NCBI GenBank assembly: GCA_963719515.1
Contig: CAVRCJ010000001.1
Coordinates: 128,001-192,000, forward strand
Direction: 5' to 3'
DNA length: 64,000 nt
Source of the DNA: an uncultured cyanobacterium
GTDB taxonomy: Bacteria > Cyanobacteriota > Cyanobacteriia > CAKZMO01
Shown here: positions 52,846-61,947 of the stretch, in pieces
Position numbering within the stretch: position 1 is the first letter of the stretch
How the letters are laid out: each line of letters starts with the position of its first letter
Program-made: the position numbers and the translations under genes
Notes under the pieces: model-generated
Told to the model about the DNA's origin: nothing
The model's input: the letters and a program-made list of their open reading frames with translations, nothing else
Database searches by the model: none

Positions 52846-53053
52846 TTATTTGTGACGCAAAAATAAGCTTTCAAGGCCCACACGACCCAAATCCAGTGCT
52901 CTCTCTGAATTCCCAAATTAAGAAAGCATAGAACGCCAGCGATTTGTTGGAATAGGGGGAGGGGCGTAGGCGCGGTTGCTGCTTCAGTGCAGCGCCGTAT
53001 GGTCTTTTTGTCCTTTCTGCCATGAATCGCTGATGCGATCGCCTTTTCTCCCC

Positions 53054-53081
53054 TTGCCATCAACCCCCAAGGCGGTACACT
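53054..53081 (+). promoter_or_regulatory. Putative sigma70-type promoter of the 54044 gene leader
   Basis: TTGCCA-N16-TACACT followed by several hairpins. Confidence 0.45.
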
Positions 53082-53204
53082 CGTACGCTAGAAGCTACAA
53101 CTTGATGTAGCTCTGAAACATCCCAAAAGATTGGTCTAACGACCGCGATCGCTGTTGGAAGCGGCGATCGCGGCCTGACCCTTGGACAGAGTTGGCCTGT
53201 CTTT

Positions 53205-53992
53205 GTCGGGTAAAGAGGTGACATCGCTGCCACCCCCTCCCCTCAGAACCGTGCTTGCGACTCTCACCGCACACGGCTCAAGCAGACCATAGCTAAAGGG
53301 GACAAGCGTGGATTTGTTGGTGGCAATAGAGATGAAGCAACTCTAGGTTATCGAAGGTGTTCTGACCACCACGCGCTTTAGGAATGCGGGGGTGGAGTTC
53401 GAGAGCCTCCCCATTGAATAGAGAGTCTCCGCACACAGAACACCGGCCGTTCTGCCGTTGCGCAGTGCGCTGACGGGTAGGTTTCAGCTGACTAGCTTTT
53501 AGCGACTAGACGAGAAGCCCCGCGCTCTACCCGTCTAGGGTGAGCGTCGGGATGAGAGTCGCGCTAGCCGAAGTGCGCCCGCAAAATGATGCACAGCGGA
53601 TAGTGCGCTCAGCGCTGAGGCTAGCAGTTGGTATGATAGAGATAGCAAGGTGATACACCCCGCAAAGAGTGTGACGGGCCCGTAGGCGAAAGCTGCAAGT
53701 CACCCGTTCCTCAGTTTGCAAATGTATCTGCGACACATAGTGCGTATCCTCCCTCGCGGAGATGAAAATTCAAAACTCTGCCGTGGGGCATCAGGCGGAG
53801 TATAAACCTATCTCAGGATATGTCTCGGCAATAGCTGGGAGTCACTGAGGAAGCCCGCGCTGTACAGCTTGCTGTCAGCGTCGGGAGGGTGTCACGGCTT
53901 GTCGCTGTTGCCAATAGGCCTTGAGCGCCGGGTCATCCATCGAGGCGGAGCCTTTGGCAATGGTGTGGCGTTCAATTGTGAACCAAGAGAAA
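53205..53992 (-). mobile_element. 5'-truncated group II intron (tail of RT/maturase ORF with HNH domain, domains V and VI), interrupted by an IS605-derived element
   Basis: Domain V GAGCCGTGTGCGGTGAGAGTCGCAAGCACGGTTC (53246-53279, minus); DVI ending TTTACCCGAC at 53205; coding remnant FSWFTIERHTIAKGSASMDDPALKAYWQQRQA|LKASQLKP...CSVCGDSLFNGE...NLELLHLYCHQQIH, stop at 53293-53295. Confidence 0.9.
53503..53895 (+). mobile_element. Non-autonomous IS200/IS605-family derivative (393 bp, no transposase), probably carrying an omegaRNA scaffold
   Basis: Two related subterminal hairpins CCCGCGCT...AGCGTCGGG (53519-53551, 53854-53885); right end TCAC; inserted 3' of TTTAG with no TSD; excision restores the intron reading frame. 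Confidence 0.82.
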
Positions 53993-54043
53993 GGGACGGC
54001 CAGCTTTTTGGGGCTTTTCTGCCCAATACATCAGAGAAAACCC

Positions 54044-54322
54044 ATGACATTTCTATATCCCGAGCGGCCTTCCAGCGAGGCCGCACCCACCGTGCTGACC
54101 ACTCCCCAGCCCGGCCCCAACGACGAATACATCCGCCACCTGCTGATCGGCTCCCCCGAAGCCATCCGCGAAACCATCCATCTGCTGCATCTGCGCGACT
54201 ACGTCGAACAGGGCCTGTGGAGCGGACCCATCGCCATTGGCGACGGCGGCGTCAAGATCACTCACCGAGAAGGGCAGGCCCTAGCCTACCTGATGCGGCG
54301 GCGGTCTTTAGATATCTCGTAG
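54044..54322 (+). CDS. Small cyanobacterial hypothetical protein (92 aa; RHLLIGSP..I..LH..Y...WS type)
   Basis: ATG after an A-rich leader; motif recalled from multi-copy small cyanobacterial proteins of unknown function. Confidence 0.7.
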   Translation: MTFLYPERPSSEAAPTVLTTPQPGPNDEYIRHLLIGSPEAIRETIHLLHLRDYVEQGLWSGPIAIGDGGVKITHREGQALAYLMRRRSLDIS

Positions 54323-54673
54323 CCCGCTCGCCGAGGCGATCGCTAGCGTAAATGTAGGTCGTTGGCCCAGTTTCGAGGCACTGTACCCCGCGACACCCCA
54401 CCTACCCGCCGTATAGACCGCGATCGCCTCAGCGCTCCTGAAGCCTTCTCTGACTCACAGCGCTAGGAGCCGGTAGACAAGCCCAGACAGCCCTCTTCAA
54501 AGCTACACAGTAGCCTCGCCAAATCAGCGGTAGGATAGGCATCTGAATTGAAAGCATCAAAAGCTTTTCGATTCAATTCGGTGAGCGATCGCAGCAGTCG
54601 GCCTTAGTTTTAAGCGTTTTGATACCTAGCATCACCCTAGCTCAGTCTTTTAGCTAATTTCCCAACGAGTTTA

Positions 54674-55555
54674 ATGTCCGAAAAGACCCCCTGCCCCCAA
54701 AACCCCTATAGAGCCCCCTTTAAAGTTCTCCAAAGCTGGCTTAAGCCTCTGCCACTGGGGCTAACGCTGACGCTCTCCCTGGTCGTTCAAATTATCCTGC
54801 CCTCTCCTGCCGCCGCTCAGTTCGACAGCCCCCCTCCCCAGCGCCCCTACAACCACTGCCCCCAAGACCTTCACGGTCAAATTCAGCGCATCATAGATCG
54901 GCCAACTTTCCAATCGGCACAGTGGGGCATCGTCGCCGAAACCCTATCCGGGCAAGTGCTCTTTCATCGCAACCGCGATCGCCTTTTCATCCCCGCGTCA
55001 AACATCAAGCTGCTCACCACCGCCGCCGCCCTACAGACTTGGGGAAGCGAAGACGACGCTCTGCAGACCTGGGTCGGCATCGTCAACCGCGAAAGCAACA
55101 ACAGCTCTGCAGACGCCCTGCTAGCTCGCCTCGGCGGCCCAGGACAGGTTCAGGCCGCACTATCAACTTTAGGCATTGACCCCCTCAGCTTTCGGCAGGT
55201 CGACGGCTCTGGGCTAAGCCGCTACAACGCCGCCCAGCCCAGCACCTTTGTCACCGTGCTCAAAGCCATGTGGAGCGCCCCAGGGGGCAGCATTTTCTAT
55301 GGATCGCTGCCCGTAGCAGGGCAAAGCGGCACTCTACGGCGGCGGTTTCGGGGCACCGAGCTGCAGGGGCGTTTGCGAGCCAAGACGGGGACGCTGCGCG
55401 GCGTCAGGGCGCTGTCAGGCTATCTGAGCCATCCTGACTACGGCCCCATTGTATTTAGCATCATGGTGAACCAGCCTGGGCAATCGGGAGACCAAATGCT
55501 GCAGGCTATAGACGGCGTGGTGCAGGAGCTATCGCGGCTGACGATCTGTGAGTAG
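54674..55555 (+). CDS. dacB: D-Ala-D-Ala carboxypeptidase/endopeptidase (peptidase S13, PBP4-like), compact form
   Basis: FIPASNIK (SxxK), ESNN (SxN), DGSGLSR, AKTGTL..VRALSGY. Confidence 0.85.
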   Translation: MSEKTPCPQNPYRAPFKVLQSWLKPLPLGLTLTLSLVVQIILPSPAAAQFDSPPPQRPYNHCPQDLHGQIQRIIDRPTFQSAQWGIVAETLSGQVLFHRNRDRLFIPASNIKLLTTAAALQTWGSEDDALQTWVGIVNRESNNSSADALLARLGGPGQVQAALSTLGIDPLSFRQVDGSGLSRYNAAQPSTFVTVLKAMWSAPGGSIFYGSLPVAGQSGTLRRRFRGTELQGRLRAKTGTLRGVRALSGYLSHPDYGPIVFSIMVNQPGQSGDQMLQAIDGVVQELSRLTICE

Positions 55556-55565
55556 TGGGTGTGAT

Positions 55566-56582
55566 CTACTGCTGCGGCGCTTCCTCTAGCTCAAGCTCCA
55601 GCATGGGCTCCTCCAGCATGGGCTCCTCTGAGGCCGGTTCGCCCGTTGGTTCGTCTAACGCCGGACCGTCCACCGGCATCTCGTCTATAGGTAACTCAGG
55701 AGCAGTTTCACGGCGCACCCGAATTTTTTGCAGCGACTCACGCACCGCCGGCAGCGCCAGGAACGTCTCCGTCTGCGAGAGAAGCTGTGGGCCCCACAGG
55801 TTTTCCTCTAGAAATTCAAGGTCAGCGTAGCGGGGGTCGATGCTCAAAGCGGCGATCGCTTGCTCAACGGCTTCCTCTTCTTCCCCTTGTGCAAACCGAG
55901 CGACCGCGATCGCCATCTGAGGTTCAGCTTCCTCACGCTCGGTCAGCTTAACCGCGTCTTCCCAGCGGTCAATAGCCTTCTCAACGCGGCCCTGCTCATA
56001 GAGCACTAGCCCAATATTGTTGACGGCAGGCCAAAATTCAGACTCTAGGTCCACCGCCTCTTTGTAGCGATCGATGGCCTGATCGTATTGGTCGAGCTTA
56101 TAGTAGGCGTTCGCTAAATCAAACCAAGCCCCGGCCACCCCCGGACTGGTGTCAAGCCCCAATTCAATGTAGTCGACCGAGCGCTGATACTCTTCTAGCT
56201 GAAAGTAGACGGTGCCCAAATCGAACAGCGCCGCCGGGTCTTCCGGGTCGAGGGAGCGGGCCTTCTCTAAAGACACCACCGACGGCTGCAAGTCTCCCAA
56301 CTGTAGGTAAAGGCGGCCCAGCAGCAGCCAAACCTGGGGCGTATCGTTGGCCAGCTGAGAGGCGAGCTGGGCTCTCGGTAAGGCTAGCTCGAACTGCTGA
56401 ATTTGGGCAAGCTGGGAGGCTTCTTGCGCAAGCAAAAGGCCCTGTTGCTCCAGCTGCTCTGGCTCAATAGGGGGCGTGTGCGGAACAACCGCCTGAGCAT
56501 AGACGGCCTCTTGGACTGTCAGCAGCGTTGCCGCAGAGGTTAGTCCAGCGATGAGAGCAGGCAGAAGGTGGCGCAGAGTCAT
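55566..56582 (-). CDS. Exported tetratricopeptide repeat protein
   Basis: Signal peptide, TPR units, FWPAVNNIGLVLYE, acidic tail. Confidence 0.85.
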   Translation of the reverse strand: MTLRHLLPALIAGLTSAATLLTVQEAVYAQAVVPHTPPIEPEQLEQQGLLLAQEASQLAQIQQFELALPRAQLASQLANDTPQVWLLLGRLYLQLGDLQPSVVSLEKARSLDPEDPAALFDLGTVYFQLEEYQRSVDYIELGLDTSPGVAGAWFDLANAYYKLDQYDQAIDRYKEAVDLESEFWPAVNNIGLVLYEQGRVEKAIDRWEDAVKLTEREEAEPQMAIAVARFAQGEEEEAVEQAIAALSIDPRYADLEFLEENLWGPQLLSQTETFLALPAVRESLQKIRVRRETAPELPIDEMPVDGPALDEPTGEPASEEPMLEEPMLELELEEAPQQ

Positions 56583-56629
56583 TTCAGGCGGTGGGGTAAA
56601 AGGTTGTCTTCGTAGCTTAGACGATTTGC

Positions 56630-57637
56630 CTAAGGGTCAGCATGTCCTGACTCGGGCTCGCGGCGCACAGGCTCTACCCGGGGCTCGCTGTCGCGACTGG
56701 CCAAGTTGGCCGCCGCGTTGCGCTGCAGCATCGGGAGCTTAATGCGACGTAAGGCAGAGGCCGGAAACCGGGCCTCGTACTCTTCGGGGGACAGGCGGGC
56801 CAGCTCGGCTAGCGTTGGAGCAATATTCGCGGGGTAGGGCTGAAAATCAGGAACGTCTGTGGGTTGGGCAAACCGCTGGTTCCAAGGACAGACATCTTGG
56901 CAAATGTCGCAGCCTGCAACCCAGCCAGAGAGGCGATCGCCAATTTCCTCGGGCAGCGTCTCGGCGCGGTTTTCGATAGTGTGGTAGGCGATGCAGCGGT
57001 TTGCGTCTACTACGAAGGGCGGGTCAATGGCCTGAGTTGGGCAAGCGTCAAGGCAGCGGGTGCAGGTGCCGCAGTGGGACGTGTGAGGGCGATCGGGGAC
57101 GAGGGGCAAGCTGGTGAGCAGCTCCCCTAAAAACACCCAAGAGCCATACTCGCGGGTGATTAAGTTACTGTTTTTAGCCACCCAGCCCAGGCCCGCCTGC
57201 TGGGCCCAATATTTATCCTGCACGGGGCCGGTATCGGCGTAGTGACGCACCTGAATTGGCTCGGGGCCATCCTGCGACACCAGCCAGGTCGCTAGGGCTT
57301 TGAGGCGGGTGGTCATGACGCGGTGGTAGTCGCGTCCCCAGCCGTAGCGGGAAATCTTGGCGTATTCGCTGCCCTCGGGCCGCTGGTGATCGGTGTAGTA
57401 GTTGAGGGCTACGCAGATGATGGAGCGTACCTCAGGCATAACGCGGCGGACGTCGCGGCGCTTGGGGCTGTTCATCCAGGCCATGTCGGCGTGGTACCCC
57501 TGTGCGAGCCAGCTTTCCAAAGCGGCGGCGTTGGCCGCCCCGCTCGCGGATGCGGCCTCTGGTGAGGTGATGCCGACCTTGTGAAACCCTAGGTCGAGCG
57601 CTTTTTGCTTGATTTGGTCGCCGTTGGGGATGGTCAC
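56630..57637 (-). CDS. queG: tRNA epoxyqueuosine reductase
   Basis: ISRYGWGRDYH, DTGPV, GSWVFLGE, CGTCTRCLDACPT, GCDICQDVCPWN. Confidence 0.95.
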   Translation of the reverse strand: MTIPNGDQIKQKALDLGFHKVGITSPEAASASGAANAAALESWLAQGYHADMAWMNSPKRRDVRRVMPEVRSIICVALNYYTDHQRPEGSEYAKISRYGWGRDYHRVMTTRLKALATWLVSQDGPEPIQVRHYADTGPVQDKYWAQQAGLGWVAKNSNLITREYGSWVFLGELLTSLPLVPDRPHTSHCGTCTRCLDACPTQAIDPPFVVDANRCIAYHTIENRAETLPEEIGDRLSGWVAGCDICQDVCPWNQRFAQPTDVPDFQPYPANIAPTLAELARLSPEEYEARFPASALRRIKLPMLQRNAAANLASRDSEPRVEPVRREPESGHADP

Positions 57638-57830
57638 GTCGATTCAGAAGATGAGCCAGCTGGGTCAGCCAGTCGAAATCAGGCAGTCGAAAGGGTAGAG
57701 AGGGGCTGGACTTTAGTTTAGCCCGGCGACGTCCCTAGCTCCCTCGGTCTGTAGATGACGGCAAGGCGATCGCCTCTGTAACCTTACAGACAAGCAGCCT
57801 TACAGACCAACCAGCAGTACAAGCGACGGC

Positions 57831-58265
57831 ATGGCCAACTCATTCCCCACTCCCCCAACAGAACAGGCTAGAACGTCCGCTATTCCGGACTTGGGCCATC
57901 CTACAGTGGTCTACTACTTTGAGACCATCAACGCCAGCGCCTATCGCCACACCGCCGCATTATTCACCTCCGACGGCGAAATGCGAGCGCCGTTTATAGC
58001 GCCTATTAAACAGCCGGACATTGCCGCTTACTTAGAAAAAGAAGCCAGCGGCATGACGCTCCACCCCCGCTACGCAGAAGAACTCACAGGTCAAACCTCC
58101 GACGACCCCCTGAGCGACTACGACGTTAAGGTGACAGGCTATGTCCAGACGCCTCTGTTTGGCGTCAACGTAGCCTGGCTCTTTGCCCTACGGCGCGAGG
58201 ACATTCTCGCCGTACGCATCAAGCTGCTCGCTTCTCCTCAAGAGCTGCTGAAGCTGCGCGGCTAG
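57831..58265 (+). CDS. NTF2-like orange carotenoid protein C-terminal domain homologue (CTDH/CCP)
   Basis: LFTSDG..PF..PI, KVTGYVQTPLFGVNVAW, LLASPQELL match the OCP C-terminal domain pattern. Confidence 0.85.
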   Translation: MANSFPTPPTEQARTSAIPDLGHPTVVYYFETINASAYRHTAALFTSDGEMRAPFIAPIKQPDIAAYLEKEASGMTLHPRYAEELTGQTSDDPLSDYDVKVTGYVQTPLFGVNVAWLFALRREDILAVRIKLLASPQELLKLRG

Positions 58266-58297
58266 GCTTTCCGGAGGCGCTTCATCAGCGCTGGGGG

Positions 58298-59380
58298 CTA
58301 ATCTGCTAGATCTGGAAACACCTCTCTAACCACGGGATGGACTAAGCGCCCTTCACGGACGTTGACCCCCATGGCAAATCCCACGTCGGTTTTCATTCCC
58401 TCTAGCCCCTGGTTTGCTAGGGCCGTCACAAAGGGCAGGGTGCTGTTGTTCAGCGCCTGGGTTGCGGTCCAGGGCACCGCTCCCGGCATGTTGGCCACGC
58501 CGTAGTGCAGCACCCCTGCCTCGACGTAGGTAGGGTCCGTATGAGAGGTGGGGCGGACGGTCTCGATACAGCCCCCCTGGTCCACCGCGACGTCAACAAT
58601 GACTGAACCGGGCTGCATCTGCTCCACCAGCTGGCGGGAGACGAGGGTGGGAGGTCGCCGACCGGGAACGAGCACCGCCCCAATCATTAGATCTGCTTCA
58701 GGCACGAGCGCCTCAATCTGTGGCGCGCTGCTGTACAGCAGCTCTACGCGGGAGCCAAAGAGCTCCTCAAGCTGGTTGAGTCGCTCCACGCTGATGTCCA
58801 CAATTTGCACCTGCGCGCCCAACCCCACCGCTATTTTGGCGGCTTCGGTGCCCACGACGCCCCCGCCAAGCACTAAAATCCGCCCAGGACGGACCCCAGG
58901 AACGCCCCCCAACAGAACGCCCCGCCCCCCTTGCTGGCGCTCTAAAAAGTGAGCCCCAAACTGCACTGAGAGCCGCCCAGCAATAATGCTCATGGGCGCT
59001 AACAGCGGTAGGGTTTGGTGGCGCTCAACGGTTTCGTAAGCGATCGCTGTAATGCCTGACTCTAGCAGCGTTTCAGTGAGTTTGCGGTTGGCGGCCAAAT
59101 GGAGGTAGGTGAACAAAACTTGCTTCGCCTGCAGATAGTCATACTCCCCAGGCAGCGGCTCTTTTACCTTAACCACGAGCTCTTTGTCCCAGGCCTGCTT
59201 CGTGCTTACAATGTGCGCTCCCGCTGTCCGATACGCCTCATCCGAAAACCCAGCCCCTTGGCCCGCTTCCGCCTCTACTGCAACAGAATGCCCTTGACCT
59301 GTCAAAACGCGTACGCTATTGGGGCTTAGCCCTACCCGAAACTCTTGATCCTTCGTTTCTTTCGGAATCCCAATATCCAT
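58298..59380 (-). CDS. ald: Alanine dehydrogenase
   Basis: IGIPKE..EFRV, VKVKEP, FTYLHLAA, GAVLVPG, DVAVDQGGC, VANMPGAVP. Confidence 0.96.
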   Translation of the reverse strand: MDIGIPKETKDQEFRVGLSPNSVRVLTGQGHSVAVEAEAGQGAGFSDEAYRTAGAHIVSTKQAWDKELVVKVKEPLPGEYDYLQAKQVLFTYLHLAANRKLTETLLESGITAIAYETVERHQTLPLLAPMSIIAGRLSVQFGAHFLERQQGGRGVLLGGVPGVRPGRILVLGGGVVGTEAAKIAVGLGAQVQIVDISVERLNQLEELFGSRVELLYSSAPQIEALVPEADLMIGAVLVPGRRPPTLVSRQLVEQMQPGSVIVDVAVDQGGCIETVRPTSHTDPTYVEAGVLHYGVANMPGAVPWTATQALNNSTLPFVTALANQGLEGMKTDVGFAMGVNVREGRLVHPVVREVFPDLAD

Positions 59381-59517
59381 AAGTAGATCTCTCTAACGTG
59401 AACTTTCACAGCTGTGGGGCCGCAAATAGGCTGCTGAGCCTGCTTTGTTGCCCAAATGAGTTTCCGTATACCATACTATTAAGCACTGTTAAGTTATCCC
59501 CGTCGAGGTCAATAGAA

Positions 59518-59715
59518 ATGACGTCTGATATCAATCCTGCCGCGACTGCCCCCACCGAGCCTTCCATTCAACCCAGCCTCTACGAACCGAAGTTTGGCTT
59601 CAATGATTACGCCGAGCGGCTCAACGGTCGGGCGGCGATGGTTGGTTTTGTAGCGACGCTGGCCATTGAATATTTTTCGGGTCAGGGGCTCTTGACCTGG
59701 CTAGGACTGCTTTAA
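59518..59715 (+). CDS. hli: High-light-inducible protein (Hli/SCP)
   Basis: GFNDYAERLNGRAAMVGF chlorophyll-binding helix; start at MTSD. Confidence 0.92.
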   Translation: MTSDINPAATAPTEPSIQPSLYEPKFGFNDYAERLNGRAAMVGFVATLAIEYFSGQGLLTWLGLL

Positions 59716-59787
59716 GCCCGCATTTCTTTGGGCGGCTAGAACGCCGCTTGGGAAGCCCCGTCCCTATCACCCCATGGCGATACTGCA

Positions 59788-60366
59788 CTAGCGTGAAGAT
59801 GAAACGCGATACAGGGCCCCCTTGAGCCAGGCCGCATGGCATACTGCGATCGCCGTTGCCCAAGCGACCTGCTTGAGCAGCAGCTGACCCACCACGCCCC
59901 AGCCCATGCTGTGCCCACTCGCCAGCAGCGGAAACGCCAGCAAAATTAGCCCTTGGTACAGCACCACGCTACCCGCCAGCGCGATCGCTCCCCAGGTCCA
60001 ATGCCCTCGCCAGTCTCGCTGTAGGGCGGCGGGGCGGCGGCTAGAGAGGTTGACCGCAAACAGAGCCCCAACGCCCATTACAGCTCCCCAAGCGATCGCC
60101 GTCAGCTCTAGCGGATACCCCCGCAGGGTAAATCCCAGCCCTTGGCTAATGGCCCAGAGCGCCCCTACTAGCCCAAAGGCCCGACGGCGAGGCAGCGTCA
60201 TCCCCGAGACTGCCGCGAAAGCGGGTAGGGGGGCGTGGGCATATATCAGGCTACTGGCGACACCAATGGCTAGCAAAATCATTGGCCACAGACGGCTGTA
60301 GGCGATCGCCTGCCATCCTTTTACAAACAGCGGCGTCCTAACGGATGTATCTCGGCGTGTTGTCAT
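59788..60366 (-). CDS. Hypothetical integral membrane protein
   Basis: Several hydrophobic helices; ATG preceded by AAGGAGG. Confidence 0.7.
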   Translation of the reverse strand: MTTRRDTSVRTPLFVKGWQAIAYSRLWPMILLAIGVASSLIYAHAPLPAFAAVSGMTLPRRRAFGLVGALWAISQGLGFTLRGYPLELTAIAWGAVMGVGALFAVNLSSRRPAALQRDWRGHWTWGAIALAGSVVLYQGLILLAFPLLASGHSMGWGVVGQLLLKQVAWATAIAVCHAAWLKGALYRVSSSR

Positions 60367-60575
60367 AGCAGCAGCCCTCCTTAGTCATATCCTAGTCAAT
60401 TGCCGTTGGGAGCGCATTTTTCATAGGGCATTCATTTTTGCGGTGCTGATGTCCTGTAAAGTTGCCTCTCGGGAAGAGATTGATCTAGATAACGCACCTA
60501 GGACAGGGGCAACGAGCAGAGGCTAGGGCGACAGAGGTTAGCGTTCCTCACTTACAACTTGGGAGACAAACACCG

Positions 60576-61379
60576 ATGAGATTAGCGGGCAAAGTTGCGC
60601 TGGTGACTGGCAGCAGTCAGGGCATTGGTCAGGCGATCGCCATTCGACTGGCGGAAGAGGGCGCGAAGGTGGTGATTAACTATCGCTCCCACCCAGAAGG
60701 GGCCGAAGATACCGTTAAACAAGTGCAGGAAGCGGGGGGAGACTGTCACCCTGCTGCGGGCTACTGCGACAGCGGTGACGGCTATGCCATCCAGGCTGAT
60801 ATGAGCTCAGTAGAAGAGGTGCGGCGGCTGGTGCAGGAGAGCGTCGATCACTACGGTCAGCTGGACATTTTGGTGAATAACGCAGGGGTGGAAAAGCACG
60901 CCCCGTTTTGGGAGGTGACCGAGAAAGACTACGACATGGTCCTCGACGTCAACCTCAAAGGGGCCTTCTTCGCCTCCCAGGCGATGGCCCAGCATCTGAT
61001 GGAAACGAAGCGATCGGGCACCATTATTAACATCAGCTCAGTTCATGAGGAGCTGCCTTTCCCCAACTTTGCGGCCTACTGCGCCAGCAAGGGCGGCATC
61101 AAAATGCTTACCCGCGATTTGGCGGTGGAGCTGGCCCCCTACGACATTCGGGTGAACAACGTCGCGCCAGGAGCGATCGAAACCCCCATCAACACCGATC
61201 TGCTCAATGACCCCGAAAAGCTCAACGCCCTGCTAAAAAACATCCCCCTCAACCGCTTAGGAAAGCCCAAGGATGTTTCTGGTTTAGTGGCCTTCTTGGC
61301 TTCAGAGGATGCAGCCTACATCACCGGCAGCACCTTCTTCACTGATGGCGGGCTAACCTGGAACTATCGGGAGCAGTAG
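60576..61379 (+). CDS. SDR oxidoreductase, glucose 1-dehydrogenase-like
   Basis: TGSSQGIG, NNAG, ISSVHE, YCASKGG, PGAIETPIN. Confidence 0.9.
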   Translation: MRLAGKVALVTGSSQGIGQAIAIRLAEEGAKVVINYRSHPEGAEDTVKQVQEAGGDCHPAAGYCDSGDGYAIQADMSSVEEVRRLVQESVDHYGQLDILVNNAGVEKHAPFWEVTEKDYDMVLDVNLKGAFFASQAMAQHLMETKRSGTIINISSVHEELPFPNFAAYCASKGGIKMLTRDLAVELAPYDIRVNNVAPGAIETPINTDLLNDPEKLNALLKNIPLNRLGKPKDVSGLVAFLASEDAAYITGSTFFTDGGLTWNYREQ

Positions 61380-61681
61380 CCCCAGGTTCATGGCGCTACC
61401 GCTAGCTGGGTCGCGCCGCCGCGAATTGAGACCTCGGAATTGCTGTAGTAGAGGCAGCAGTTCTCTTCGGCAATGGCAATAGTCTGCCACAGCTGTAAAA
61501 ACATCACCTCTAGCCCTGCGCAGCGTACGCGGAGCACTGCAAATCATTTCAGGTAGAATGAGTGGGGATTTCGCGCGCTGCGGAGTTTTGAGAGGTCTTA
61601 GGTCCGCTGGCCCCAGCGTTAGCGTCGCTGGCCAGACATCTCGCTAACGGTGCTTACAATCAATCATCCGAGGCTAACCCC

Positions 61682-61891
61682 ATGGAAGAATTTTGGAATA
61701 ATATTCTCCGCTACCCCCGCTACCTGGTCTCGTTTACGCTGGGCGTCCTGTACACCTACGTCAAACCTCTCATTCCGCTTCTCAAACGCCCCATCACGGC
61801 AGTGCCGCTGATCGGCTTTGCGGTAGCGTTTTTGGCTTTTATTTCTTTGACGCTGCAGGCCATGTTGGGGCTCAATGGTGCCTCACCCTAG
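61682..61891 (+). CDS. DUF751 family small membrane protein
   Basis: FWNNILRYPRYL...LTLQAMLG; lies just upstream of rbfA. Confidence 0.85.
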   Translation: MEEFWNNILRYPRYLVSFTLGVLYTYVKPLIPLLKRPITAVPLIGFAVAFLAFISLTLQAMLGLNGASP

Positions 61892-61947
61892 CCTAGCTTT
61901 TGCCGGCGTTCTGGGTTCGTTAGATAGTTTTTAAGAGGAGGGCCATC

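Noticed and set aside
53573..53620. GTGCGCCCG as a group II intron 5' end
   Set aside because: It is on the opposite strand to domains V/VI, lies inside the IS605-derived insert and has no domain I context.
59478..59495. ATTAAGCA-CT-GTTAAGTT as an HLR1 (RpaB) site upstream of hli
   Set aside because: The spacing fits but the match to the (G/T)TTACA(T/A)(T/A) consensus is too weak to call by eye.
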